Origin: Candidatus Enterousia sp.
GTDB lineage: Bacteria; Pseudomonadota; Alphaproteobacteria; Rs-D84
DNA length: 59,435 bases
Reading direction: 5' to 3'
Assembly: GCA_045636045.1 (NCBI GenBank)
Contig: JAZTWT010000008.1
Location: 1 to 59,435 of the forward strand
Shown here: piece after piece, positions 16,610 to 26,877 of the stretch
Layout: the number at the start of each line of letters is the position of its first letter
How positions within the stretch are numbered: the stretch's first letter is position 1
The notes under the pieces: model-generated
Databases searched by the model: none
What the model was told of the DNA's origin: nothing
The model's input: only the letters and a program-made list of their open reading frames with translations
Made by a program: the position numbers and the translations under genes

Positions 16610-18034
16610 ATGACGATAAAATTATTTAATACATTAACCCGTAAATTGGAAGAATTTAAACCACTAGAAGAAGGAAAGGTTGGTTTCTATTCGTGCGGCC
16701 CAACGGTTTATCATTATACTCATTTAGGCAATTTGCGTACATTTTTGCACAATGATTTTCTTAAACGAATGTTTCTGGCGAATGGTTATGACGTGCGCCA
16801 TGTTATGAATATCACAGATGTTGGGCATTTAACCAATGATGAAGAAGATTCTGGTGAAGATAAAATGGAAAAAGGCGCTGCGCGCGAAAATAAATCTGTT
16901 TGGGATATTGCCAAATTTTACAAAGATGAATTTTTACGTGACTTTAATGATTTAAACATGATTGCGCCAACGGTAATGCCACATGCCACAGACTATATCA
17001 CTGAACAAATCGAACTTGTTCAAAAACTAGAAGATCTGGGCTATACATACGAAATTCCGGGCGATGGTATTTATTATGATACATCTAAATTTGCGGCATA
17101 TGGCGCATTAACTGGCGGTTCACTGTCTGGTAATCGTGCGGGTGCACGCGTTGACTATAATGACGCTAAGCGTAATCCAACGGATTTTGCATTATGGAAA
17201 TTTTCACCAACTGATACCAAACGTCAAATGGAATGGGACAGCCCATGGGGTGTTGGATTTCCTGGGTGGCACGCAGAATGCAGCGCGATGAGCATGAAAT
17301 TATTAGGACAGCATTTTGATATTCATACTGGTGGCGAAGACTTGTCGCGTGTTCATCATGCGAATGAAATCGCACAAAGCGAGCCAATTACGGGTGCGCC
17401 ATGGGTAAATACATGGTTGCATTACAGTTTTTTGCTGGATAAATCTGGTGAAAAAATGGCTAAGTCCAAGGGGGAATTTTTGGGAATGGATGCGGTTCGT
17501 AATCGTGGTTATGATCCAATGGTTTACCGTTATTTTGTTGCAATGGGGCATTATCAATCTCAACTGGCTTTTTCGTGGGAAACAATGGATGCGACAGCAA
17601 AAAGTTATTCAAACCTGGTTCGTCGTGTTGCAGATTTGATGGAATCAGACGTCGCAGAAATAAATCATGATGTCTATAATAAATGGCATGATGATATGGT
17701 CGCTGCCATGTCTGACAACATAAAAACGGCAACTGTATTAGTTTTACTTCAAGACTTTATCAAATCTAATGATGTTGATAATTCAACAAAATTGGCACTG
17801 GTGCATTTTGTGGACGAACTGTTGGGGTTGCGATTTATTGATCGTGCAAAAAAGTTAATTGAACTAGAAAAACAGGCTGCCCCGACTGAAATTGTTGAAT
17901 TGGCAGAACAAAGGGTGTCGGCCAAGGCAAATAAAGATTGGGCTTTAGCAGATGCTTTGCGCGATGAAATTGATGCGGCCGGTTGGACGGTTTTGGATGG
18001 CAAAGACGGTTATAAAATCGTAAAAAAAGCATAA
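16610..18034 (+). CDS. cysS: Cysteine--tRNA ligase
   Basis: YSCGPTVY, HLGN, DFALWK, WDSPWGVGFPGWHAECSAMS, DIHTGG, HHANEIAQ and KMAKS. Confidence 0.97.
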   Translation: MTIKLFNTLTRKLEEFKPLEEGKVGFYSCGPTVYHYTHLGNLRTFLHNDFLKRMFLANGYDVRHVMNITDVGHLTNDEEDSGEDKMEKGAARENKSVWDIAKFYKDEFLRDFNDLNMIAPTVMPHATDYITEQIELVQKLEDLGYTYEIPGDGIYYDTSKFAAYGALTGGSLSGNRAGARVDYNDAKRNPTDFALWKFSPTDTKRQMEWDSPWGVGFPGWHAECSAMSMKLLGQHFDIHTGGEDLSRVHHANEIAQSEPITGAPWVNTWLHYSFLLDKSGEKMAKSKGEFLGMDAVRNRGYDPMVYRYFVAMGHYQSQLAFSWETMDATAKSYSNLVRRVADLMESDVAEINHDVYNKWHDDMVAAMSDNIKTATVLVLLQDFIKSNDVDNSTKLALVHFVDELLGLRFIDRAKKLIELEKQAAPTEIVELAEQRVSAKANKDWALADALRDEIDAAGWTVLDGKDGYKIVKKA

Positions 18035-18124
18035 ATTGTTAAAAGCATAAAAAATAATAAAAAACTGTTGAAATTGGGGCAATATTAGTGTATATTGCCC
18101 CCGTTAACAATAGAGGAAATTTCC

Positions 18125-18676
18125 ATGAACTATCCATATATGCCAAAATCAACCGCTTTGTGGTTAATTGAAAATACAGCATTAACATTTGAACAAATCT
18201 CGGAATTCTGCGGCTTGCACGAATTGGAAGTTAAAAGTATTGCTGATGCAGAAACATATAAAATTCAACCATTAAACCCAATTTTAAGTGGCCAGGTCAC
18301 ACGCGAAGATATTGAAAAGTGCGAGGCTGATCCAGAAGCACGCCTGACATTACGCAAAGAAATTGTTGATGCACAACAGAAACAGAACAAGCGCGGCGTT
18401 GGTTATACACCAAAATTACATCGTCAAAACCGTTTGGGCGGTATTTTGTGGATTGTAAAGAATTATCCAGAATTATCCGACGGCCAGATTGCTCGCCTGA
18501 TGCGCAGTACAAATCCAACTGTTGCATCTGTCCGCAACAAGACACATGCATCTTATTCCGTCATCCAGATTCAAAGCCCGATTGTACTGGGGTTGGTGTC
18601 TGAATCTGCAATTCATGATGCAGTGGCCAAGGCGCAAAAAATGGCATCTGCACCAAAGAAAAAGAAGAAAAAATAA
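18125..18676 (+). CDS. trcR: DUF1013 family cell-cycle transcriptional regulator TrcR
   Basis: MPKSTALWLIENTALTFEQISEFCGLHELEV...GYTP...RQ.R...I.W..KN.PEL.D.QI..L...T. The ATG follows GAGGA. Confidence 0.88.
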   Translation: MNYPYMPKSTALWLIENTALTFEQISEFCGLHELEVKSIADAETYKIQPLNPILSGQVTREDIEKCEADPEARLTLRKEIVDAQQKQNKRGVGYTPKLHRQNRLGGILWIVKNYPELSDGQIARLMRSTNPTVASVRNKTHASYSVIQIQSPIVLGLVSESAIHDAVAKAQKMASAPKKKKKK

Positions 18677-18718
18677 TAACTTTTTGTTAACCTTTTAAGA
18701 CGAAAGCAGGGTTGATTA

Positions 18719-20797
18719 ATGGCAAAGAAACTGGACGAAGCGACAAGACTTTTGATTGAGTCTTTACCAGAAAACTTACAAAAATTGGCTTCTAACGCGA
18801 TGGAAATCGGGTACATGTCACGCATGGACTTTGATGCTGCGACCGAAGCGGACGAAGTTCCATCGGAAGAGCATGAAGAAGTATTAGATTTCTTTCAGCA
18901 GGACCTGGGACTAGAAGTGCTGGAAATAGACAATTACCCCCAGGATTTAAGTCGTTATTATGACACGGACGATGACGAGCCACGCGATAAGACGCGCAAT
19001 CTTTTAAATGCAGATGCGGAACAGGTTGATGTCAACGACGATGATTATGAACATTATGCAAAACAGTTGGAACGCAGCCAAACAGGTTCACTGGTTCTGG
19101 GGGTTCAAGATTCTGTTCAATCGTATTTAAAACAAATCGGTACTGTTCAGTTGTTGACTGCCGCCGGCGAAGTTGCAATCGCCCAGCGTATCGAGGCTGC
19201 GTCACGCCTTATGGTGTACGGCCTGTGCGAAAGCCCAATGACAATTCAGGCGATGCTGGATTGGTATCAGCAGTTATTAAATGAAGAAATTCGTTTGCGT
19301 TATATCGTCAACCTGGAAGTTATGTATTCCAGTGATTCTGAACAAAAATCGTTGGCCGCATTGTCTGAAACATTAAAGTCTAAGGGGGTCGAGCATGTCG
19401 ATGAACTGGACGATGAAGATTTAGACGATTTGGTTGATGCAGCCACCGCAGATGAAGAAGAAGATGAAGATTTAGACGATGAAGAAGGAATCAAGAAAGA
19501 AGATACTCCACGCGGCACATCGGGCGTTCCGATTCCCGTTATGGAAGAATCGCTGATGCCGATGGTTATGGATTTATTCGCGAAAATCAAACGCATCTTC
19601 AACAGTATGCAGAAACTTCAGGCCAAACGCCTGGAAAATCTGCTGGTATCAGATACGCCAGATTCTGCATTGGAAAAGAAATACACAAAACTGCGCCTGG
19701 AACTGTTTGAACATGTCAGTAAAATACGTCTGAATGATGACCGTGTTGCAGAAATTTTAGATCAATTAACCAAGCGTGACCAGTTATTAATGGGGCTAGA
19801 AGGAAAACTGTTGCGCCTGGCAATGGCAAACAAGATTAAGCGCGAAGATTTCTTGGCTGAATACACGGGTAATGAGTTAAACCGTAATTGGGTCAAAAAA
19901 CTGGCCAAGCATAAAAATGCAGCGTGGGCATCATTTGCCAAAAAGCACGAGGCGGATATTCTGAAAATCCAAGAAGATATCACAGCAATCGCCAATGAAA
20001 CAGGACAGCCAACCGCAGAATATAAAAAGGTTGTGGAATTGGTACGTCGTGGTCAGGCCGAAGCCGCACGTGCAAAACGCGAAATGATAGAAGCAAACTT
20101 GCGTCTGGTTATCAAATTTGCAAAAAAATCCAGCAACCGTGGTCTGGGGCTTGATTTCTCGGACTTGGTTCAGGATGGAAATATCGGTTTGATGAAGGCT
20201 GTTGATAAATTTGATTATCGTCTGGGGAATAAATTTTCAACCTATGCAACAAATTGGATTCAGCAGGGGATTTCGCGCAGTATTGCCGACCAGGCGCGCA
20301 CAATTCGTATTCCTGTGCATATGATTGACAACATTCACAAGATTCAGCGTGCTTCACGTCAATTTATGCATAAATATGGTCGTCAGCCAACCGCCGAAGA
20401 GTTATCAAAGATAATCTATCTGCCAGTTGACAAGATTCACAAGGCTATGAAGGTAAACCTGAAACCGATTTCATTAGAAGCGCCGGTTGGCACCGAAGAT
20501 GACAGTTCGCGTATTGAAATTATCGCAGACGAAACGGCAAAGAATCCATTTACATCTGCCGCACAAAAAAATCTGCGTAAAATCGTCACGCAAATCCTGT
20601 CAGAACTGGATCCTAAGGAAGAAACTGTCCTGCGCCAGCGTTTTGGTATGTCTACAAACAAGACCAGCACCCTGGAAGAGGTTGGCGAATACATTGGCGT
20701 GACACGTGAACGTATCCGCCAGATTGAACAAAAGGCGCTGAACAAATTAAAGCATCCAACACGTGCGCGTAAACTGCGCAGTTTCCTGGAAGACTGA
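18719..20797 (+). CDS. rpoD: RNA polymerase primary sigma factor
   Basis: Region 1.2 DSVQSYLKQIG, acidic non-conserved region, MIEANLRLVI, GNIGLMKAVDKFDY, RSIADQARTIRIPVHM, TLEEVG..GVTRERIRQIE. Confidence 0.97.
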   Translation: MAKKLDEATRLLIESLPENLQKLASNAMEIGYMSRMDFDAATEADEVPSEEHEEVLDFFQQDLGLEVLEIDNYPQDLSRYYDTDDDEPRDKTRNLLNADAEQVDVNDDDYEHYAKQLERSQTGSLVLGVQDSVQSYLKQIGTVQLLTAAGEVAIAQRIEAASRLMVYGLCESPMTIQAMLDWYQQLLNEEIRLRYIVNLEVMYSSDSEQKSLAALSETLKSKGVEHVDELDDEDLDDLVDAATADEEEDEDLDDEEGIKKEDTPRGTSGVPIPVMEESLMPMVMDLFAKIKRIFNSMQKLQAKRLENLLVSDTPDSALEKKYTKLRLELFEHVSKIRLNDDRVAEILDQLTKRDQLLMGLEGKLLRLAMANKIKREDFLAEYTGNELNRNWVKKLAKHKNAAWASFAKKHEADILKIQEDITAIANETGQPTAEYKKVVELVRRGQAEAARAKREMIEANLRLVIKFAKKSSNRGLGLDFSDLVQDGNIGLMKAVDKFDYRLGNKFSTYATNWIQQGISRSIADQARTIRIPVHMIDNIHKIQRASRQFMHKYGRQPTAEELSKIIYLPVDKIHKAMKVNLKPISLEAPVGTEDDSSRIEIIADETAKNPFTSAAQKNLRKIVTQILSELDPKEETVLRQRFGMSTNKTSTLEEVGEYIGVTRERIRQIEQKALNKLKHPTRARKLRSFLED

Positions 20798-20803
20798 TAT
20801 GTT

Positions 20804-20831
20804 CGCCCCGTTATATACGGGGCGCATTTTT
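20804..20831 (+). terminator. Intrinsic terminator after rpoD
   Basis: cgccccgt-tatat-acggggcg followed by cattttt. Confidence 0.7.
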
Positions 20832-20847
20832 ACAAAGGGGATTGAAA

Positions 20848-21442
20848 ATGAAAAAGACTTTATTATTTTGCAACGGCATTTCAGGCAGTGGCAAGACATA
20901 TTTTATTCAAAAAACCTTACCATCAGGATTGTTTTACAATCTGCGTTCTGCAACCACACGCCCCATGCGTGACGGCGAAAGCGAAGGCAAACCATACTTC
21001 TTTCGTGACGAGGCGTATTTTGAATCTGCGCCCCTGGCCACACATTTATGGGTAAATCATGCTGTATGGAAACCTGGGGACAAAAAATGGTTGTACGGTA
21101 TACCAGAATCCGAAGTTTATGAACATCTGGGGCAAAATTTGATTTATGATGTTATTGAACCACAATATTCGCGCCAATTAATCGATTGGTTCAAAAAAAA
21201 TGGGTTGGATGCCCATTATGATTTTCGTGTGGCGTATTTTTTTGCCGCCAATCAATCATATGGATACGGTAAAATCGCGTGCAAACATGCCAAATGATGC
21301 CAAGGTTCGCACATATAATACATGCAATCCGTCTGATTTTTCGCGCGCGGGATTAAACATAGATTATATATTGCGCCCAATCGATGGTGTTTATGACCCA
21401 CACTTAATGGCGCATATTGATATGTTGCAAAAACATCGATAA
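20848..21442 (+). pseudogene. Guanylate-kinase-like P-loop protein with a frameshift in a T7 run (21237-21243); pseudogene, slippage site or sequencing error
   Basis: GISGSGKT and SATTRPMRDGESEGKPYFF. Removing one T joins ...RVAYF to LPPINHMDTVKSRANMPND... ending at 21442. Confidence 0.7.
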
Positions 21443-21668
21443 TTTTTTCTTACATAATTGAAACAAAGTTACGATATGACGTGTTGTAGTATTTGGGTGT
21501 GAATATTTAACAGGCCCATCTGCGCGAATTAATGGAAAATATCCGTTTGCTTCCGCATTTTTATCAAAAATCATTCGTTCCAGCACCTGATGCCGTGCCC
21601 CTTCCGTGTCATTTTGCTACGTCATACCTGTACAGGCCGGCATCCATTGTGGTGCCAAGATAACTTTA

Positions 21669-21702
21669 TGTCATTCCGTGGCTTGACCACGGGACCCAGG
21701 TT
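21669..21702. repeat. Palindromic REP/RPE-like element, copy 2
   Basis: tgtcattccgtgg-cttga-ccacgggacccaggtt, resembling the gtcat(c/t)ccgtggcttgaccacggg palindromes of Rickettsiales. Confidence 0.55.
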
Positions 21703-21765
21703 GCACATACTCTCGGCATACCCGTGCAGGCCGCAGGATAAACATTGAAAACGGTTATTGTGCAT

Positions 21766-21789
21766 AAAAAAATCCCGCCATTTGGCGGG
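21766..21789 (-). terminator. Intrinsic terminator for the coiled-coil gene
   Basis: cccgcc-attt-ggcggg with an A7 run on the plus strand (U-tract on minus). Confidence 0.7.
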
Positions 21790-21794
21790 TGGAT

Positions 21795-23720
21795 TTAAAC
21801 ATAATTCTTTAATATAATATAAATCTGCCCCGGTTCTGTTTTTATCAGTGTGGCTGATACCTTGTCTGAAGTATCTGCCTGTTGTGCTGCGGTTAATATC
21901 TTATCGAATCCGCGCACAAACTGCGTGGCCTGGGAACGAAATACAGCATCATTCTTCATCATTTCGCGAACCTGTTTCTTGTCTGCCGCATTCAGCATTT
22001 TTGCCAACCACTTTGAAAAGATTGTTTTGTCACCACTGTGGTACTTCTTCCACACAATATCTGGAATTTCTGCGCCGGCTGCGCGTGTCAGATCCATTGA
22101 TAATTCATGCAGTTTTTCCATCATCTTTTCGCTCTGACTCAAAAAGTCTTGGGCGCTAACGTGTGCAAAAGATTCTGTTGGCGCGGTCTTGATTGCATCC
22201 ATTGGTGCTGATGCGCGTGCAACCATCATTTGTTTGTTCAGTGTTTGCATTGTGTTAACAGCCTTGGCGTAATCACTCATCAAATCAATCATTTGTTGGC
22301 GTGATGCGCCGGCCAAATCTTCCAATTTAATTGCAGATTCTGATATTGCGCCCGTTGATTCTGCGACCGTTGCGTTCATCAGGTTTAATTTTTCATTCAG
22401 ACTGCTGACAATTTTTTCTAACTTTTCACTGGCCTCAACACTGCCGCGCGACAAATCGGGCAGGGCAGAATAATACCTTTCGATTAAAGCGGACAGTGGT
22501 TGCAACTGTGCGGTTGTGTCATTTGACATTTTAATCAGGTTTGCAGACTGGCCGGATAATTGTGTATGTGCCGTGTTCATTTCTATTAATGTCTCGCGTA
22601 CGCCTGTTGCCATCGCCTTGACTGATTCTGAAAACGCACTGGCTGCTGTTTTTGTGTTTTCCAGTGTAGCATTTGCAACCCCAGACACAGTTTTTAATTC
22701 AGATACTACGCCTGTTGCAAATTCTTTGATTTCGCTGTCAAACCGATTTGTCAGTGCCGCCAATTCCGAAGAAATACCACGTACTGAATTTTCTGTTGTT
22801 GTTGCAGATGTCATTAATGTATCAACCGCATCCCCCAGGCGCTGCGCCTGTTTTTCAATCGAAGATTCTGCCAAGCGAACCTGGCCTGCAACAACATTTG
22901 CGGTATTGGTTAATGTGTTCATTTGGGTTGTTAACTGTTTTTTTGATTGTTTGCTGAACAAATCCAATTTTTCTAAATATCCATCCAACAACCTATCGTT
23001 GCGTATCATTATTTCTTCGTAATTTACTGCGGCTGTCTTAACACCTTCAAATCCTTCGGTGGTGCTTTTTGCCAATTCGGATAATTTATTCTGTGTATTT
23101 TCAGATTCAGTTGAAACAGTCTTCATCTGAGCTTCGTTTTTAGCAAATTCGTCCTGCAAGGATTGAGATAAAGTCTTTTCGCTTTCAATCCATGTATCGA
23201 TTTGATTTTGTATTTTTGTTGTTCGCTCTGTCACATCTTGGCTGGTGCGGTCAATTTTGCCTAACAAATCATTTACCGTATTACTAAATCTGTCGGTTGC
23301 ATTTTCTACATCTTTCCATGACTGTGATGCGACAATATCACCTAATCCCATTACTGTATTATCCAAACGTCCTGACATATTCGCCAGTTTTTTTGTTGCC
23401 TCATCTGCCAATGTGACCAGCTTTTCATTTTGTTCGCCCAGTGCGTTTTTCAATTCGATTGCAGATGCGATTTGTGCATTCAGGGTGTCACGCATTGTTT
23501 GGAAACTCTGTTCGATTTTATATATCTCGTCCGCCAGTATCGTATTCAACACGCGTGTTGCGTCTGCGACTTTGGCGCGTTCTGGACGTGTCATAATGGT
23601 CAGCAAAGATTGCATAACTTTCTGTGTTTTGCGCGACACAAAAAATAACACCATCAGTGTTATAAACAATAAACCTGCGAAAATTCCGCTAATAATCAAC
23701 CAAGATTGTGTGATTTCCAT
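21795..23720 (-). CDS. Membrane-anchored long coiled-coil protein, TipN/GPR(RgsE)-like polar scaffold
   Basis: N-terminal TM helix and ~500 aa of helical repeats. The C-terminal domain LHELSMDLTR...WKKY..GD..IF...D..FR.....FV..FD..L...G.IY.IL matches my recollection of the TipN/GPR C-terminus. Confidence 0.7.
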   Translation of the reverse strand: MEITQSWLIISGIFAGLLFITLMVLFFVSRKTQKVMQSLLTIMTRPERAKVADATRVLNTILADEIYKIEQSFQTMRDTLNAQIASAIELKNALGEQNEKLVTLADEATKKLANMSGRLDNTVMGLGDIVASQSWKDVENATDRFSNTVNDLLGKIDRTSQDVTERTTKIQNQIDTWIESEKTLSQSLQDEFAKNEAQMKTVSTESENTQNKLSELAKSTTEGFEGVKTAAVNYEEIMIRNDRLLDGYLEKLDLFSKQSKKQLTTQMNTLTNTANVVAGQVRLAESSIEKQAQRLGDAVDTLMTSATTTENSVRGISSELAALTNRFDSEIKEFATGVVSELKTVSGVANATLENTKTAASAFSESVKAMATGVRETLIEMNTAHTQLSGQSANLIKMSNDTTAQLQPLSALIERYYSALPDLSRGSVEASEKLEKIVSSLNEKLNLMNATVAESTGAISESAIKLEDLAGASRQQMIDLMSDYAKAVNTMQTLNKQMMVARASAPMDAIKTAPTESFAHVSAQDFLSQSEKMMEKLHELSMDLTRAAGAEIPDIVWKKYHSGDKTIFSKWLAKMLNAADKKQVREMMKNDAVFRSQATQFVRGFDKILTAAQQADTSDKVSATLIKTEPGQIYIILKNYV

Positions 23721-23812
23721 TTTCCTTTTCTCCCCTGTACAATGCAATTTTTATAAATCTTGCAGTTCTTTTGAATTTATACTAAAATTGAATCAATAAT
23801 GCAAGGGCAGAA

Positions 23813-26431
23813 ATGGTAAAAAAAACGACTCTTTCACCGGAACAAGACATGGCGGCAACCCCAACAGAAAATGTCTGGGTCCAGGCCAATGCAGGCACTG
23901 GAAAAACCAGCGTTTTGACCCAGCGTCTGTTGCGCATTTTGTTTCGTACGCCCGATTGTTCTTCAACTGGCATACTGTGTCTAACGTACACGAATGCTGG
24001 GGCCGGCGAAATGCGCAATCGAATATTGAAATCTTTGCGCGAATGGGCGCTGGCATCGGATGCCGAGTTGTCTGAAATGCTGATTGGCGTATCTGCAAAC
24101 AAAAAAATCACGTCTGACGACCTGGCGCGCGCAAGAGGGATTTTCTTTAAGTACATAGACGGCCCCGACATGCTGAAAATTAAAACCATACATGGTTTTT
24201 GTGAAGAGATTTTGCGTCGTTTCCCGATTGAGGCCGGCATATCACCATCTTGGTCCCTAATATCGGATGATGCACAACGTGTTTTATTGCAGGATACATT
24301 TTCTAAACTGATAAATTCGCCACAAACGAACCCAGATGTATATCGTGCCTTTGAACACATTGTTTCGCGTATATCTGAAACATATATGTCCGACCTGTTG
24401 GTGGAACTTAGCAAACAATATAAACTGTTTTTTCAGGTTGACAATCACTCTAACTATCGTGAATATTTTATTGAAACGATTAAGAAATATCTAAATTTGA
24501 ACAAAGTGCCAAATATAGAGTTTAATGCTGATTTTCTGCAAAATATTATAAAAATTGCTATCGAAGAACAAAAAAACACAAAAAAGCCGGTAAAGTATCT
24601 GGATGAAGTTATTAACTTAACAAAACAATATGTTGATAAAACTATAGATTTTGAAAAATACAAAACTGCATATTTGACAGACAAAGGAACACGAAAAGCA
24701 AATGTTGCAAAAAAGGAATTTTTAATTCCCGAACAAGAACGTGTGTTCGCTATTAACGAATATAACAACAACAAAATGTTATTTGACGACAGTTTGGCGT
24801 TATTTGATTTGTCGTCTGCATTTGCATCTGAATACAAGCGTGAAAAACGTGCGCGCAATCTGATGGATTTTGAAGATTTGATTTTATATACGCGCAAACT
24901 GTTTTCTAATACATCAACAATGGGCTGGGTTTTGTCGCAACTTGACGTGTCTTTGTCGCATATTCTTGTTGACGAAGCCCAGGACACATCGCCAATGCAA
25001 TGGGATATTTTAAGAATGTTGTCTGGCGACTTCTTTGTAGCAGCACAACCTGGTGAAATGCCAAACTCTTTGTTTGTTGTTGGCGATACAAAGCAGTCTA
25101 TTTATGGTTTTCAAGGGGCGGACCCAGCGGCATTTGCAGCCAGTCGCGACATAATATCTGCGCAAATCGAAAACAATATGCGTACAATTCGTGAAATTCC
25201 GCTGGATCAAAGCTTTCGATCAACCAAACCGGTTTTAGATGCGGTGGATAATTTTTTTGCAGATGAAACAGTTGTGGCCGTATCGGATTTTTACAACAAT
25301 CCGCACAAATGTTTCCGCCAGAACGACATTGGCGCTGTTGAAATTCATCATCTGGTATCAAAACAAGAAACAGACATTACTGTACGTCAATTTATTTGTA
25401 ATATAGCAGACAGAATAAAAGAGATTGTCAACAGTGGCAAATATAGTGCACGCGACATTATGGTACTGGTGCAACAACGCAACCCCATGGCTGCACCCTT
25501 GGTATACGAACTAAAACGCAGGCATATCGATGTTGCAGGCAGCGACCGTATTATTTTGCCAGAATTTCCAGCAATTCGCGATTTGTTAAACTTGGTTCGC
25601 TGGTGTCTGAATCAGGCAGATGATTATAGTTTATGCTGTGTATTAAAAAGCCCCATTTTGTATCTGAAAGAACACGATATTTATAATTTATGCAAACAAA
25701 AAAACGACATAAATCACGAACGTAAAACACAGGATAAAAATGCTGTCCCAATCACTGTTTTTGAAATTTTAGAGAATATCTCGCCAGAAATATTCTCGCA
25801 TCTATACCAGATAAAAGAATGGTCCGAAAAACTGTCTCCATATTCATTTTTTACAAACGTATTGAATACAAATAATGTTCGTCGCGATTTTATCGCGGCA
25901 TTGGGTAATCAGGTTATTGAACCGCTGGAAGAATTTATGACAATATGCCTGGCATACGAGCGTACGCAGCCCGGAACATTAAAAGAATTTCTAAAATGGT
26001 TCATTACTGGCGGCAGTCAAATTAAACGCGATATGAACGCTACCGATGGTGTGCGTATTGCAACCGTTCACGGCAGCAAAGGGCTGGAGGCGCCAGTAGT
26101 GTTTTTGATTGATACTGTTCGTACGCCAAAATCTGAAAAGATATTACCGATACCGTCTGCGCCAGAAATGCCCGTATGGCTTTGGACGGCGCGTACAAAT
26201 ACCGGTGAAAAATGCCTGGATGCCCAGCATTCTTTAAATAATATGCGTATCGCAGAATATTATCGATTGTTGTATGTTGCCATGACACGTGCGCGTGATG
26301 AATTGTATATATATGGATATACACCGCATAAAAACGCGGTATCTGATGCATGGCACACACAACTATGGCGCGTACTGACAAATAACTCAGATTCAGAATG
26401 TATCAGGATAACAAATGACGACATTGCATAA
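23813..26431 (+). CDS. addA: AddA/UvrD-family helicase (helicase moiety only)
   Basis: VWVQANAGTGKT, LTYTNAGA.EM, KTIHGFC, HILVDEAQDTS, VVGD.KQSIYGFQGA, SFRS, TVHGSKGLEAPVV, RLLYVAMTRA. Confidence 0.9.
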   Translation: MVKKTTLSPEQDMAATPTENVWVQANAGTGKTSVLTQRLLRILFRTPDCSSTGILCLTYTNAGAGEMRNRILKSLREWALASDAELSEMLIGVSANKKITSDDLARARGIFFKYIDGPDMLKIKTIHGFCEEILRRFPIEAGISPSWSLISDDAQRVLLQDTFSKLINSPQTNPDVYRAFEHIVSRISETYMSDLLVELSKQYKLFFQVDNHSNYREYFIETIKKYLNLNKVPNIEFNADFLQNIIKIAIEEQKNTKKPVKYLDEVINLTKQYVDKTIDFEKYKTAYLTDKGTRKANVAKKEFLIPEQERVFAINEYNNNKMLFDDSLALFDLSSAFASEYKREKRARNLMDFEDLILYTRKLFSNTSTMGWVLSQLDVSLSHILVDEAQDTSPMQWDILRMLSGDFFVAAQPGEMPNSLFVVGDTKQSIYGFQGADPAAFAASRDIISAQIENNMRTIREIPLDQSFRSTKPVLDAVDNFFADETVVAVSDFYNNPHKCFRQNDIGAVEIHHLVSKQETDITVRQFICNIADRIKEIVNSGKYSARDIMVLVQQRNPMAAPLVYELKRRHIDVAGSDRIILPEFPAIRDLLNLVRWCLNQADDYSLCCVLKSPILYLKEHDIYNLCKQKNDINHERKTQDKNAVPITVFEILENISPEIFSHLYQIKEWSEKLSPYSFFTNVLNTNNVRRDFIAALGNQVIEPLEEFMTICLAYERTQPGTLKEFLKWFITGGSQIKRDMNATDGVRIATVHGSKGLEAPVVFLIDTVRTPKSEKILPIPSAPEMPVWLWTARTNTGEKCLDAQHSLNNMRIAEYYRLLYVAMTRARDELYIYGYTPHKNAVSDAWHTQLWRVLTNNSDSECIRITNDDIA

Positions 26432-26870
26432 TATTTTATCGGCCCGTGATTCCAAGACTTTTGCTACCGCTTCTGGCACAAAAATGCATATACGTCTGCG
26501 ACATATTGTTCTTGAAGACGATACACAATGCGGTGATTCAGATTTGATATCCAAAATACAACAGTGTTCAGATTTGGTTCCATTTTTTTGTCGCGCCTCA
26601 AAAACCGAGGTTCCAATCGTAGGCACAATAAAAGGGCGCTTTATCAGCCGGCGTATTGATCGTTTGCTAGTAAACCATGATGAAAAAACAGTAAAAATAT
26701 TAGATTATAAAACCGACATTAACCCAAACGAACGCAAATCTATCTATGTCTCGCAAATAAACGAATACATTCAATTGATGCGCGCAATTTATCCTGGGTA
26801 TAAGATATCTGGTTATATTCTATGGACACATGATTTTTTACTGGAAAAAATACCATCCAAGCCGCTATAA
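26415..26870 (+). CDS. RecB-family PD-(D/E)XK nuclease (AddA C-terminal domain as a separate ORF)
   Basis: GT.MH..L, EVPIVG, RIDRL, ILDYKT, Y..Q...Y motifs; own ATG after AGGA. Confidence 0.88.
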   Translation: MTTLHNILSARDSKTFATASGTKMHIRLRHIVLEDDTQCGDSDLISKIQQCSDLVPFFCRASKTEVPIVGTIKGRFISRRIDRLLVNHDEKTVKILDYKTDINPNERKSIYVSQINEYIQLMRAIYPGYKISGYILWTHDFLLEKIPSKPL

Positions 26871-26877
26871 TTCAAAC

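Noticed and set aside
21447-21474. dif-like site (minus strand ...ttatgtaagaa)
   Set aside because: Only a partial XerD-arm match; the XerC arm lacks the expected ATAA half-site.
21404-21586. 60-aa minus-strand ORF
   Set aside because: It overlaps the end of the repaired kinase gene, has no motif or SD, and lies in repeat-containing intergenic DNA.
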